From the NCBI GenBank assembly GCA_030141605.1, contig JAQGDQ010000109.1, positions 372,001 through 436,000 on the forward strand: 64,000 nt of DNA, read 5' to 3'. Shown in pieces: positions 13,365 through 29,000 of this stretch. Source of the stretch: Tubiluchus corallicola. Taxonomy: Eukaryota; Animalia; Priapulida. The notes beneath the pieces are model-generated. The model had not been told where the DNA came from and searched no databases. It saw only the letters and a program-made list of their open reading frames with translations. Numbering within the stretch: position 1 is the stretch's first letter; each line of letters begins with the position of its first letter. Made by a program: the position numbers and the translations under genes.

Positions 13365-16300
13365 CTTGGCAAGTAAAGTTTGAAAGTGAAACTGACGACA
13401 TATTATCACTTTGCAGTTTACCACTCCATTTGATTGTTTCCATGAAGAATGAAGGCCTTCGGAAACCCAAAATTTTTTCCACATACCCAAAGAGGTCGTC
13501 GACTGTCGAAAATGTTGAGAATTCGCACAGAAGGGTTTCTGTTGCGACACAGCTTTGTTGAAAATGAAACTTTTGCGACACAGCTTAGCTGAAAAATGAA
13601 GTATCTCAATAGCAGCTGCTCAAAACTGCAGCTTAGAGAAGCGTCAGCAGACATCTTGGGACATATCTAAGGAGTTTACAGCGCACTGGCTTACTAACTA
13701 TCTATGAGACTCTTGGGAAAACTTGTCAAACTCAACATGGTTTATATTGATTACGCGGGCAGATGCCACCTTGATCATAGGTGCACCATGAGTTGGCTTT
13801 ACTGATTAAATAAAGTTCTGTCACACAAGAAAATATAGGATTGACCATAATGATTAAAACCAAGACGGGTGGTCAGATGGTAGTAACATTTTTTTGTTCA
13901 AAATTTGCTATGTTGCTTAGCACGTTACGAGATGTAATTCCAAAATCCAGTTGTGATATCTAGTGACTGCCACCCATCCGCTTGCCTTGAATTTGCCATT
14001 AAACAAAATCAATAACTTAGCACCATGAAAATTCTTAACAATAGCAGGATCTTGGCAATATATTAAGTTTTGACAGGCAATATTAACAATACAAGACAAA
14101 TCGCCACACCTGCCGTCAAAATCATTAAGGAATATGACACGCGTTGCACTCACTACATTTGCCTTGTATATATGCAAATTGGTTGAGATTAAAACACTGA
14201 GAACCGGCGGGTACAATGTAACAGCAACAACTAAGTGTTATATGAGCCAACAACGAAACTTCAACCATAACAGATTGGTGATTAAATCAACTATATCTAA
14301 CAAATCATTAAGTAACTGCTGATGTACCGCCATGCCACCTGTGTTACTACGAATACAATTCATCTTACTCCGTATAACTTAACAAACGCAGGTATAATAA
14401 ATGAATAATTAAGATTAAACTCTATCAGTAAAACATCATACTTATAAGACAAATTTAACACATCAACAAATCTGTTTAATGAATATCATGTTCCCACACA
14501 ATGCTGAAATTCTATTAGTAGATTACATTGCTTTTTCTCCACGATTCTAAAAACTCTCAGCAGTAAAGATTGCAGCATTATTGCCTTTGACTTGATTTGC
14601 TTTCCAGTCAATTTTTGTTTCCGAACCAATGTTCATAGGCTTCTTTTTCTCATTTTACGACATCAAACAATACACTGATTTTGGTCGCTTTGAGGGTAAT
14701 CAGGTTTGATAAAGATTTTCTAAAATTCAGCAGACACGTCCTTCGATCTGCGAGTGTTGTTCAAAACGAACGTCCGGTCACCTTTATTTGCGAATTGTAC
14801 TACCGTTGGCCTTGAATTGCACGTTTAACATCACTAGAGTCAGACAGTTTCCCGACCGGACTCAGTAAAATTGTCTGGCGCAAGTCCAATGACGTCAGAG
14901 AGAATTGCATTAGATTTCTCCTTTCTGTTTCTTTGCCTCCCGGATTTGTGTCGCTTTCGTGTGTTCACATATTTCTATTATTTAATGATAGGAACCAACC
15001 ACTGTAGTTAACACGTCCACTTCCTTCTGTAACCTAGAGTTTTCTGCCTCTAATTTGGCTTGATCGTTTTCAAGCTTGTTTAATTTATCGAGAAAAGAAG
15101 TCACACCTATAAAAGTCGCCTGCTTATTTATTTCTGTTACTGATGATTTAAATCACTCCTGCTTGCCAACAATATAGCTAAAACGATTATTAAAAGGCTG
15201 AGTAATTACTATAAAATGAGAAAATAAACAATCCAGTAAAGATGGCCTGGTCATTGTTCAGTGACTTCAAACAATCATCAATCCAGCAAATTCAGGACAA
15301 TTGGTGACTGAATCGATTAACAAGGGAGAACAGCAATACAGCAAAATCAGGCCTGATCAGTAATTGAATGATCCCTTTCAAACTCTAACGAGACATAAGG
15401 ACAACTATAAAACTCACTAAGGGTTAATGCAGACTGAGGAAGAATGAAAACCAACCATTTTAGTTTGCAGCAATCTCAAGCACTTTCGTTAACCATTTTT
15501 CCCGGAAAACCTTTTCTGACTTTAACACACTAAGAAGCTTTTTGCATTACTAGAAGCACTAAGTGTCAACAGTAATACCGATTTGAACTTCCTAATACCA
15601 TAATGCAGGGTAAGCAAAATATCACACCTGATAAAGAAAATGGTAAACAAAGAGTAACTATAATCAGGTAATGTTTTTTATCTGACATTTTTATAGTATC
15701 GACACAACCCCATAACAAGAGCTTGTTAATGTTAAACAATCCCTATCATCTTTTTAGCGTGCATCAATATAAAACTAATAGGTTCTAAAGTAATTCATTT
15801 GAACATACAGCTTGCTGGTTGTCATACGGTTGTTATAACAGGACTACTGACATTTGTTCTGCAAATACTAGGCTATAGTAAATCTGCAATATGCTGAATA
15901 GGCCCCGTCCCATAAGAAAACATGATCGACCAAATTTCACATAAACTTACAAAAATTCATAACTCTGTACCTGTGAATAAGGTAATGGTCCATCTCCATC
16001 GATGGAACCAAACCGATCCTGATAGGAGCAAATTTCTCCCAGTAATTGGACCAGAAGGTCACCCTCTGCTGCTGTGATGTTAGGTCTGGTCTCATTGTTT
16101 CTGGGAATAAGGTAACTAAGTTCAGAAAAAATCCTGGAAATATTAGTGCGTTGATAACCGAGTGCTAAACTCACCATCTGAAAAAGAAAATTATTCATTA
16201 TTGACCTTCTAATGTCAACGAAAAAGTCAAAGTAATTACGTTTAATGCATAATTCTGCATTGATATAGTATTTATCACAAATGAAGACACCATTAGTTTT

Positions 16301-19300
16301 TACTGTGTTAAATTCAAACACGATTTAGAATACAGATTATAGTTTTTGTCATATCAGATTAGAGAACAGTTATTTTTGATAACCAGGAAATATTTCCTTA
16401 ATAAAAATTAACCGCTATATCTTGAAACGTTACAGCTTTAATATTTATAAGGGATGCACAACGCAGCTACTTATATAAGAAGCTAACGGCACACGTTTGC
16501 ACTTTTAGTATCAGGAATGGGTACAAATGCCTATCATATCAAAGGGTTTAAGTATACTGTTGGTACTATTAGGGCTATCAGGGACCCTAAATACAGCAGA
16601 CAATGCGGTAAAAAAAACTTGCTGTTTCTAACAAAAAACCGTTCATAATTTTGGTTGTTCTAGGACCTCAGATAACCTAATATACATTTCTCCTGTTACA
16701 TACTATTTCCTAATTAGCTCGCCGTAAAGTGTAATAGAAATAAATCAAGTTATCAACATTTCATTTCACTTTTTCAACTTCAAAAATTATTGGAAACGAC
16801 ACTTTGAAAGACTGCCAATTTACGTAAATATAAACACTTGTAAGTAAAAAAAGCTAAATAAATACGCTAACGTAAAAATGCTATTGTAGGTAATGTTTAA
16901 TATGTAATACGTTTACGTCTACTAGATAGATAGATAGATATTTTATTTCTGAAAATCACATTTCCAACACGAAAATTACAAATTACACCCGATGGTTTTA
17001 TCAGCGGGCAGAGCTCAGGTAATGACTTCCAGATCATACTAACAATTTGACTCAACATAGCTGCACAGGTATACATACAGATATACAAATTTAGTTGTAA
17101 ACTCCATGAAACGAAAAAAATAGATAAACTATTACGTCTTGAAGTGCCAGTTTGATTTCTGTTACATATGCCATAATTACTACATTCATCAGAAACATAC
17201 AAGCCCCTGTTACTTAGACAAGAATCACGCACTACATAATTTCCTGAACAAGGCAGGGACATAGTAATTGCAAAGCAGCACGTAATTCATCAGGATACTA
17301 AGGTCACAATCAGAGAACTAATCACGGCCATTTACGATCAGGTTTCTTTTAATTGATAATTATTATTGTTCGTTATAGAAGCCATGGTGGATTATGTATC
17401 ATACTATATCCTTGGTATGCACATGCACTAAGGTTCGCATCTAAACGGCAATAAACGCCCAATAAAATGACTGCTAGAGCAAACTATAGTATATGCATAA
17501 CAACAATCAAGAACGTATAGCTATATCAATCAGACCTAAATAACTCAAACGGTGGCAGTAGGACAACAACAGGAGCATTACAAGAACCGCCAACGTGTCT
17601 AGCTAAACAGGAAATTAACAGACGAATGAAACCTAACTAGATAGTGGTAGACAAATCTTGAAGCCATCTAATGCACCTGATATCTCAATTAATTAGCCAT
17701 GTCGATCTCGAGTAAGTTCTTCTGCTCATTCTTGTCAGTAATCTCAATCAGTAATAGATAAGACACGTAACTCGCAAATGTGCTACTATTTTAATTTAAT
17801 CTAACAGAAGCATTAAAGAACTTCGTGCATCTTGTTCTCGCTATGAAGTAACTGTGCCAACTTGAGCAGAATTAATTGCTGTCATGAACTGCACTTAAAC
17901 AGTGGGTCAGCTGGCGTTGTACACTTAATTACTGTAATCTTCAGTAAACAATTAAAAATTTTCTTCCCCTTATGTAAAGACTAAAAACAAAGTAAGCCTA
18001 CAGTGTAATTGTGTTAATATGTGAGCATACAGTGTTAAAGTTAATTTGAATAACTGGCCTTTTCAAAATAACCGCTCATTATTGCGAACTAGAAATGATA
18101 TGTTTGCCTTTTTAAAAGCATCTGATTCCTAAAAACATTGATTTCTTTTCTAGTCTCTACGTCTAGACTTTCGGACAGCCGCGGCCTGAATAAAATTAAA
18201 AAAAGAAAATAAGATAAGGAACGACAAGAACAGACTCTTGTAGACGTGAAAAATTAATGCCCACTTTCATTAACTTCGTCACAGTTGAGCTTTTTAAGAA
18301 ACGCAAGTTCCATTGGAAATCGATATTCAAATTCGCAAGATCATTAAAAAGTTAATTATGATGACCAAAGATCAAGCTTCTGATATCCCTGAAACGACCA
18401 ATTTATAGTTAAAACCAATTTATAGTTAACTTAATTTGACTCGTTTAAACCACTCCAAGACGTTGTTTAACAAGCTTAAGAGTTCATTTCGTGTGTCCAA
18501 TACTCTTAAATACTGGCCGGTTTCCGATAACTTAGTTTATTCCTAGCACATGCAAGAAATCTCAAATTTCACCAATTAACCTTGTGCCATTGAATAGGTT
18601 TTAAATCCCAAAATGTTTGTATAGCGAAAGACAAGTTGGCAACAAACGATTCCTTTTTATGACATAAGTGACTCACACTAACAGCGCAAACAAAATCGTC
18701 AACAAACCAAAGAAAAGACATCAACTCTTGAATGGCGTCAGCAAGGCTACTTAAATATTCAGAATACATTAAACGCGGCGCTGAAATTGCTCAAGCTGAA
18801 TTACTCAACAATGACAATAACTATTGTGCGACGAAGCCATTTTACTGCACTGAATACAAAGCTCTAATGCATCTCACTTATTCTTGCAAGGAATTAAGGG
18901 CAGAAATAAATATAACAGTGCAAGTGCCTCAAGTGTACAGCGTCGATAAAATTATAAAGGCAACAATGTTAAAGATGAAAGCCATTAGGAATCATTTGCT
19001 GCTTTCAGGTTCAACATGCAAAAAGCAAATGCTAAATTATTGGACTAATAACTTACATAATCTTAATATATAGGCTTTAATTATGTTCCAGTACAGAAAT
19101 GATTCATCAAACAAAAAGCTAAGAGCAATCCTCAGAATAAAAGCAAAAAATCAAAATGAAAATTCTGTTCATAATTCGGATCGGCAAAAAATCGAGCAGA
19201 ATTGAAATGGCAGGATGAAAAAACTGGCTGCAATTCAAATTATAAACAGATAATTAGTAGAGCCGTTTTCACAGCATTATAAGCCCGCGAGCAAAGCAGT

Positions 19301-22300
19301 GCACTGGGACCCCTACATACACAACGACTCACAGGAATAAAATATGTAAATGGTTGATAAAATTAAACATAATGTATTAGTACTTCCAGCAAAATCAGTG
19401 GTAAACTTAAAAAATATGCTGTACAGCAAAGATTAATCAACAGAAATGTTTGAACAATATAACATGAGCCTTGAAAAACGCAAAAATTTCAACATATAAA
19501 TGATACTCAATTAGTAAACCATACAAGCGGAGATGGCACAGTAACAAATTACTATGAATTATTTATTATTTATTAATCAAGTGTTGAACACAAACATTTG
19601 CAAGATTTTTGTTTCTTGAGAATTGTTATATAATTGGCTTGAAGCCAATGGTCTTCAGATGTCACCTTCCATTCCATATACATAAGTGAAAACCAGCTCA
19701 ACATGGGCCCCTATCCTCGTGGGCGGGGGGGGGTGCGTTAAGATGGCTCTGATAATTGACTAGTAAGTGACTAGTTAGAAATTCAGTAATGTTTCACTAA
19801 ATATTTCCAGAACCGTGAAATTATCGTTACAAATTGCGCAAATTAAAGTTAGAATTAGAATTGGTTAAGAGTCACCGCTAGGTTTAAGAAGGCTACATTT
19901 TCTCAAGAAAGGGCAAAAACAACCATCGAATATTCGCTAAAGTCGTCATAACTTGAGCCAAACAACCAGCACCTAAAGTCCTGACGAGCACTAGACAACT
20001 ACTGATTCAAGAAATTGAATCGAATTCTTTTTGAAGTTTTTTATATACTCTTTAAATGATTTGAATGCTAAACTGTCAGAGTCCAGTATTCAACGTCAAA
20101 ACCTGCTAGGCTGCTTACTAACATTAAATAGCTGTGGTGAGACCAGAATCTATCTCAATAGCAAGGTTAATTTTCCAACAAGACCAGTAGAGGCGTCTTA
20201 ACCACATATGGACGTAGTATATGCTCCCTTGTCAAAAGAAATCGCCAAAGCAATATGGCAGGTGAAACCACCCAGGTTTCCTAGAGATCATCCATCCATT
20301 TATAAACAAGGCTTTAGGCAAATTACAAGAGCTTCAACTGAAACCTCAACCTACGTACACAACAATGGTTATTTCTTTTATTGCCGACCGGTTTCGAACA
20401 GTTACTGTTCATTTTCAAGACATTCAAAATAAAGAAATTTTACCAGAATGTAGAAACAACTTAGAAGTACAATTCAGTATGTAGTAGCCAAATATTGTTT
20501 GATATATAAACATAATTTAACAGTTTACCTTACAAACTACATATCTTCATCAGTATGAAACTATTTTATCATTCCAAAAATAAAACATAATGTTCTAACA
20601 GAATTGTCAATTTCAGAACTAGATATGTAGTGATATCTTCAATATGGTTCTGAAATTGACAATCTAGCCTACTGAATTCTACTTCTAAGTTTTTTCTACA
20701 TTTTGGCAAAATTTGTTTACTTTTAGGTGCCTTGAAAATAATCAGTAATAGCAACAAAATTCTATTTTTAAGAAGATATACTTATTTGCCAAATATGGAC
20801 ATTTTATTCTACAACCATTATTTGTCTTCTTACGCACACAATCTTTATGCATCTTAAGTGGTTTACCAAAGAAGCAGCAGTACCTTTTTAAGTTATTAAT
20901 ATGATGCAGTCATAGAATCGAACCTACAACCTGTTGCGTGGAAAGTGAGGATGCAACATCTGGATAAGCTGCATGAAAACTGATACGAACGTTCCTTTAT
21001 GCATACATAAGAAGTCATACAGATGTATAATATATATAACAGATAAACAAGTAAAATATTTAAGTCTACACACCGTTTGCTTAATATCCAGCAGTTTTTT
21101 GGACACACATGCGCTATAGCTTGGTTTGTCCCAGGACGGTTTACCTGTGAGCGAACTCAGACATCTACGTCGAAAAAGACCTGAAAATAATCAATCATTG
21201 TAAGTTAAAGCAATAAAAAACAACGCAAATAGTGCTGTGTAGGCCCACTCTCTTATTCGCAAGTGTCATTCATAATATTTTATGAGCTTTTGTGTCATCA
21301 TCAATACTCAAAAAGGAAAAAGATGATTTTTCAGATCATATTCTGATTTTTATCTGTGGTCTAATATGTTCATTTTACTCCTATAATTACCAAAATGTTT
21401 CTGACAATAATTAAAAATTAGCCTAGAAAAGTGATTTATGTGCAGTGAATGCAACTAGCGATGGCGTCACAACTGGCGAAATTTTCTAAAGACACAAATC
21501 TTCCACGTATGAGCGTTCTGCAAGTTTTCATGACAGAAAAATTGAAATATGACGCTGCTGTGTAACAGCGACAACTAAACACAAAAACTCGACAAATTTT
21601 AAATTTTGAGATTATCGTGATACAATCATATGAGCATATAATCAATTCTAGCTAAGACGCCTCTGAGAGTTTAGTGTCTCATCTGGACAAAATTATTCTA
21701 GATCTGGACAAAATTTCTGTCCTGCCGTAACCACGAACATCAATAGACTCAGTATTAACCAACAGGCTAGATACCGGCTTAACTGTGATGTGACGAACTG
21801 CATATAATAACAACAAGTCAGTTTAGAATCTGAGGTTTCTTATTTTGTTAATTGTTAAAAATGTGAAAACTATGCTAGTTCGTTCTTATATATATATATA
21901 TATATATATATGATACCCCATTTTCTACAATATGTGCAGAAAACAATATAAAACATTTTAAAGTACTGTTGCGTCACTCTGCCTATATTTTAAGAAAAAT
22001 GATTGAGTCCACAAATTTTATTGTAAATTATATATGCCACTAAACTGATGTGTAATTTTATAGTTGAGTATTTAGAAGATGGCATGATTTATTGATGTAG
22101 TAACCACTGGCTTTTTAATTGATGCTTTGTATGTTTAATTTCTGATTATACTTTTATATATTTTTTGTAATTTTTCGTAGCTTTTAACGGTGCATGACAT
22201 GTAGTATTTCTAGTTTTTAGTGTAAATCTTTAACTTTTATATGGCATTTTTATTTGCTGAAATAAACTTTAAATAGATGATAAATCATTCCCACGAAATA

Positions 22301-22460
22301 TTGCACTTCGAAGTAGGCAAACTAGAAATAATGAGAGTGGTGAAAATAACCCGATTATTTTAATCTGAACCAAAGTCAACAGTTATAATGAAGCAAAGAT
22401 TTTCAAGCAAGTTGTCAAAACAAAAATAATAACTCAATACTGCATCATGCACTAACACAA

Positions 22461-22541
<81 letters not shown>

Positions 22542-22981
22542 AACAGAGACAGAAACAGAGACAGGTACAGAGATAGAGGCAGAGACAGAGACAGGGATTT
22601 GATTTCATTTAAGTCTTCATTGCAAACTCTAGGTTCTTATATACAAAAATACATTTAGGACAAAAGTTACATACAACAGTTATAAATATTTACAATTTTG
22701 ACTTAGTTAGTGACACACAAAGTAAATGAATGAATAAACTACAAAAAATTACATTGGCAAGGCATTACCGAAAACAACAAAGAAGTGCTATCCATTTGTT
22801 TCTAATGGAGGAAGTAAAAAAAGGATCAAATTCATTTAAATGCTTACAAATGTCATTCTCACTAATAGCAACTCTATTACAAAGACTAAATACACCTAAA
22901 TACACACTTTCTAGTAATAACATCGAAGTATCTAATAATGAGATTTGTTTTCATGTTTGTCGTCAAGACAGAGACAAAGAG

Positions 22982-23046
<65 letters not shown>

Positions 23047-26000
23047 AATTTTTACTTCACAGATTTATACGATGCATAACGAAAACACTTAAAAGCAACG
23101 TATAGAGAGAGAGGTGGCGAATTTTGATCTGTGAAAGTATCAGTGACGTGCGATTTATCAGCAACAGAAGCTCATGCTTTCAACATTTTTGCAGGAGATG
23201 TTAGCTGTGATTTAACGAGGCTCTTACTGTCATTCACAACGACTACTACAGTTATTCATGCGATACAAATCACTGCAGATATTGCAATTAATCACACGTG
23301 GAGTTTCCATGATGTGAATGTTACAAGAAAATTTTCCACCTGGCCGATTTATTTGCTTTATTATTTCCTTTGCTGCAAGTGATTAGCAAAGATCTTCAGA
23401 CGTCAGATACCTTGTCAATTGCCAGTAACAGAAATAGAAAAACTCAGAAATTTCAGCGGAATACACGTATATAATCAGGCGCTTCCGATATTCAGTAATA
23501 AACTTATTTTAAAAATTCTAGAAGGTTAGGCTTGCAATTTAACCTGCATGTGACGCACGAGAATCTCGTACCTGTATGAATTAACATTATGTATTCGTTA
23601 CAATTTAATAATAAAAAAATTCGGCCATTAATTAACACACTAAATGGATTTGAAACATGGAAATCGCTTTACTGCTAGGCAAGGTTGAACTGATCCAGCC
23701 TTACTGTCATCAAACAGGGGGTGTAAGCAAAGAAAAAACCTGTTTTCTTAGTTCAGGACCAGCGTCAAAAAATAAGCCAGGTAACCAGCTTTCTGTTTTT
23801 CTTCTGCCCACTTTGGATAAATAGAACACTCAGTGTTTAATTATTAAGAATGAACGCTAAACGTCATCTTGCTGAGGTGGCTAAGCGACACGATTTTTTA
23901 TAAGCCACATTTTTTCAATAATTAGATGTTAATTTATATTTACAAAAACAAGTCAACGAGCTTATAAAATTTACAGTTCAAGAACAAAGTAATTATCAAG
24001 CTAAATGATATGATGTCACGACGCATTGGTCATGGGTTCAATTCTAGATTTTGAATAACGGAATAACCTTGATATCGTCATCATATCTTCAGTCTTTCTA
24101 ATTGCGGTCTCACCCTTCTATATTTTCTGTCTTTAATATTACAAACGTCAAAATTACATTTATATAACAGTAAGTCTGGAAATAACGCAACATTCGCGAT
24201 ATATGTGGCGTTACAGTCACGATCTTACAGACAGCTGCGGCGAATACGCCCAGTAGTCAATCACGCTATGAATTTTCCAAACACATGTAGTTGGAGCAAC
24301 AAATTTCATCGTACAATGTGAATCCGCCCATTAAGATCAAGAAAATTGCTGTTTCGTCAATTAGTGGGAAATTGTTTATTGAACAATAGCATCTTCCGGT
24401 TGTCTATTAAACGAAATATTACCCCAGTTACCCGTGACGTGACAACGAGAGATAAAGAAACCCTGTATGCACGCACGTCATCATACCAATAACCGATATC
24501 ATGTATGAAATAATGAACAGAAATCTTACAACAGACAAAACTAGCAACGTAAAATGTCACATGAGACGAGTGTTATGTGTGCGGGAGCTGTATGATGAAC
24601 TTTTATTTTAATGGAAACGGCAAAATTTTGTTAAAATGTCGAACATTTGTATAAGTATCTCACCTGAGAAACCGGATGGACAATCCTGGACGTCTATGTC
24701 ATTTAAAGCTGTTTTACCCCACGTTACTCCTTCATACTGCTCACTCTTACAAAAGTCAACCGTATCTGAAATGTATTAAAGACAAAATTAACTGAAAGAA
24801 AGCCTGTCGGTAGTGAACATGTATTCGTTATAAGCAGGTGTTGTGAGCGAATCCCAGGCCACAGCAGAACATGTAGTAATTTACAGCACAACGCCTACGT
24901 AAAAGGCGTTACAGTTGTTTATCCAATTACATAGATACAACTTGTAGACCAAATAATCTAAAATTTAGATAAGCAGTTGTAAAATACACCATAATGGTTG
25001 TACATTTCGGCTGGCTAACAAATGAAATGAACAACAAATGTCAAACTAAAACATTCACCACCTAAATCCAGCTTTTGCTGGTTTTCATGAAACCGAAGAT
25101 ATTGAATAAACTGGTATCATGAAACCGAATTTCCTACTTTCGCGTTTCCTTATTGAGAACAGTTTCTGAAAAAAAAATCTACACGGGAAATTGGCATTTA
25201 ATCCAATTACATAGGCACAAAATGTGTTTTACTACTGCTGCTGCTTTGTGGCTCTGTTAATTACGGGTCGCAATTATCGTGAATATCAGTGATGTTAAAC
25301 TTTGTAACAGATGTCTTGTTATCTTAGCACTGCGAAACAGCGCAGCACGAGATTAATTTTCTACCTATACTCAATGTCGTGCAAATACTACGTTAATTTT
25401 ATGGCAAATGAAACGCCTGGCATTATGTGTTTATGACTTCTTAATAATATAATAGGTAAGCAAAGTATATGTAGGCAAGGATCAAATGTCATTCCGTAAT
25501 AATGACATTATGGACAATTCACAACACTATTATTAGGTTTCTTTGCCGTAGGCTGCATTCATACGAACGAACGTTGAACGTGCCGTTTTACAACAAAAGT
25601 TATTGTGCTCAGGCATACTCGCCTACTCAGTCACACCTAGGTAAGACAGTAACAGTCTCAGACGCTGTGCAAACGTTATTTAAAAAGTGTAGTTTTATTT
25701 TCAATAAACACGCAACCATTAATTTTTTTAAACCAAACATCGACCGAAAGGAAGAAAATCAGAAAACTGAAAATATTTTCGATCTCAAAGACGCCCGGGA
25801 CTCTAAAAAATATATTTCAGCTCAAAGAAGTAAGAATCCACCCCTCTCTCATAGAATGCGGCAAAGGCTTTTTTCAGTGGGAAGGGGACAAAAACCATGC
25901 GAAGCCTATTTTGTAGCACATCCCATAGAGAATATACAGACGTACCACCTTCACGAAGACATATGATTGTCCCCAATTTCTTTCTGCTGGAGTGTAATCT

Positions 26001-29000
26001 CTTCAGAAGCAAGTGTTTGATAAGGCAAGAATTCAGTGTCGGCTTCAGGATATTTTGACCCCATTGGGAAGCATACAGCACGACCCCTTCCTCCTTGTAG
26101 CATTTTAGTATAATGTTAACAAAGGCGTAAAAATTAAATTGTACGTCCGCATGTAAAAGAATGACCAACGCCAACGCCCTTTACTCATTTCTACTTCTTA
26201 ATTACTTCTTGCTATTAAAAGCTAAATTACCATAACAGCCTTAATGTCTAGATTTAAGAACATGATATTTCAAATTAACTAGAATATTCAGCAAAAGTAA
26301 ACGCAGAAAATAAAATTTGTCAACATCCAAAAAATAATTTAATCAATTACAAATTTGGCAACTGTAATACATGATAGCTAAAACATGAAAGCAAAACTAG
26401 ACCCAATCTTAAACTGTAGGTCAAAAAATCTACTGTCTAAAATATTGAAAGGAAACATACTATTTTTTCAAAAATTACTTACGTGAAAGAATTATTATCA
26501 CACAACACACAATTTCACGTTCGTGCTATTAGTTCTTCGCTGTTGCAGGCATAGTTAGACAGGCATTAGAGCCTGTATTTCGGAAACGCATTGGACAAAA
26601 AAACAGGAAACAACTGATGTACAACTCAGTTCAGATGTGTAAGTTCGTGAAGAACTACACACGCTCATGCATGAGCACAGCCGTAATTTGAAATTTGAAT
26701 TTTTAAGTTAAAACTCGCCTAGTTTTAGTACAACACAATAACGTCTTACAGTCGCACTGTACTTCAATTTTCGCTTTCGCAAACACGTGGAGCACGCTCA
26801 TGGAATATTTATGCTGTTGAAAATTATGTTAGTTTGTGATGTCATCAATAGTTGGACTGCTCGCCGTTAATTAAGTTTTTAATCTGTTATTTAATTATCA
26901 CTTTTGCAGTATTAACTGTGTTAAAATGTATGCTTTTTATCGGATTTGAAAATGGGGTAGTATATGAAAAATCATCCTGTCTTCCTTTAAGACAAAAATA
27001 AGGAGTAAACTACATAAACCTAAGCAACACATTACTTTTCATGAGGGTCTATTTAATCATTGTTTTAAAATTTAATGACTGACAAGAAAAGAAGTCAAAT
27101 ATAAGCAAACACAAAGTGGGCAAATCGTAAAGTGCAACGTTAAAAACAATTTTTGAACGCTAAAGTTCTGCTAAATTTTCGGCCACCTGCGGCTGCCCGT
27201 GCAGTTTGCACATTCTTAAAGCTGTGACTGAAGAGGCAAAGCAGGTGGTATAACTCAATAGTAGCGTCCTCGCTTCCAGACGGGATGTCGCGGGTTCAAT
27301 TCCCACCTGGTCGTACCAAAAGCCTAAAAACATGATATCACTCACTGGTTCTTCGACCAAGCACTCGTGTTTATCGAAGTAACGCAGGTAACAACAATCG
27401 CGTCCACCTAGGAAATAAGTACTGAGTGACTGAGAGTGTTATTGGTGTATTACCTCCTAAACGAAATTAGTTTAGTTTACGCTGTTTTATGATGGACAGA
27501 ATGCACATGCATCGCTCAAAGCCAAACTATTGAAGAGATTATCAGGTATCAGTCCTACATATTGAGGCACATATATGACTTCAAAGCCAAGCGAGTTCAA
27601 AGCCTGAAACATGTAAATGTAGGTCGATTTGCTCCATTTCTTATAGCATTGCTATGTTACTAAGATATGTGTTGCATAATTTCATTGGTTGTTGCGCTTG
27701 ATTACATCATTTAGTTATACAGATAATTATGCTAATATAATGGCCATAGTAATGATCAGCATCCGAAGGTAGGATGCAAGCCATCTCAAACTTATTAGTC
27801 TTCATAATAATTTTTCCCCGAAACTTACCACTTAGCAAGCGCTGTTTATACACTTTTCTTGAAAATTCGCATTTTCCGTCTAAACTTTTGGATTCCGAGA
27901 GTACGAGGCGACGTTAAGATAATTTAAGTTGACGACATAATTATATTTAATTTGGTATGCCCCATCATCATAATTAATTTATACACGAAATGCGAATGAC
28001 TTTAAAATGTGTAAGTTCGTTAAAAAGTAAACGCTTGTCGACGACAAATCTAGAACATTTATAGTCAGCTTTGGGCTGTTGTGGATTTTTCCCAGTATTT
28101 TAGTCAGGTATCCACATTGGCATTATAGCTCATTAGCTCTAGATATACTTAGGACTGCATAATAAAAGAGCCAATTAGGAACCGAGGCATAACGCACTCA
28201 ATGTAAGTACACCTTCACTGACGAAGCAAAATTATTTAAATGAAAATTGATGGAAAATTCAGATATGAAAGCTTTCATTACAGCTTATTAAGCTACAATT
28301 TCGCATTACTAACGTTAACCCTTGCTTTGTAATCCGTTCAAAGAAACTTTAATATTCACATTCATGGATAATCTCAGACCGTACATATGCGGGTTAAAGC
28401 AGGCGTATGTGAAAAATTGACCCTACAAATCATAAAAGATTCCCATTATTAGAAGTCGTGAGCTGCTTTATTCAATAACAGATATTATATAGAGAGCAGA
28501 TGGGAGCACATTATGGGCTGAGCCGGGATTTCATCTCGAAGAAAAGCAGAAAATTAAATAAAGAAGCAACAAAACAAGTGAAAATTTTCCGCAATATAAA
28601 CACGTCTTGCTAAAAACGACATTCAAGATTCTTACACAGAAATGCGTCTGGACAGTAAAACACTTGTTTTAATGGATGCAGAGCAGTAATGTAATCTCAG
28701 GATACCGGACAGGTATTCCATTCTCGGAAGTACTGATGTCCATCCCATAATCCTAGGATTACTGAACAAGGCAAACTCGCCCACGGGATAGTGAGGATAA
28801 ATTTTCCTCCTTCGCGTACTTTAGCAACATTCGGTTTAATAATTGACACGTCTTTCCTGTTTTTCTGCCTCATTCAATATATGTATAGGTTTCCATCATA
28901 GTAATAAATCATCATACAGTTGGGTGTGAAACAAGCCCTAATAACATTACAGCTGGAACTAATCGAATATGAATTACACCCGTTCATGCCTTCCAATATG

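Noticed and set aside
13485-13520. Hammerhead-like GTCGACTGTCGAAA motif (also CTGACGA at 19981)
   Set aside because: The core CUGANGA or the helices are missing.
27244-27316. Possible tRNA gene
   Set aside because: Acceptor and D stems pair poorly and the sequence continues into a SINE core, so it is a SINE head.
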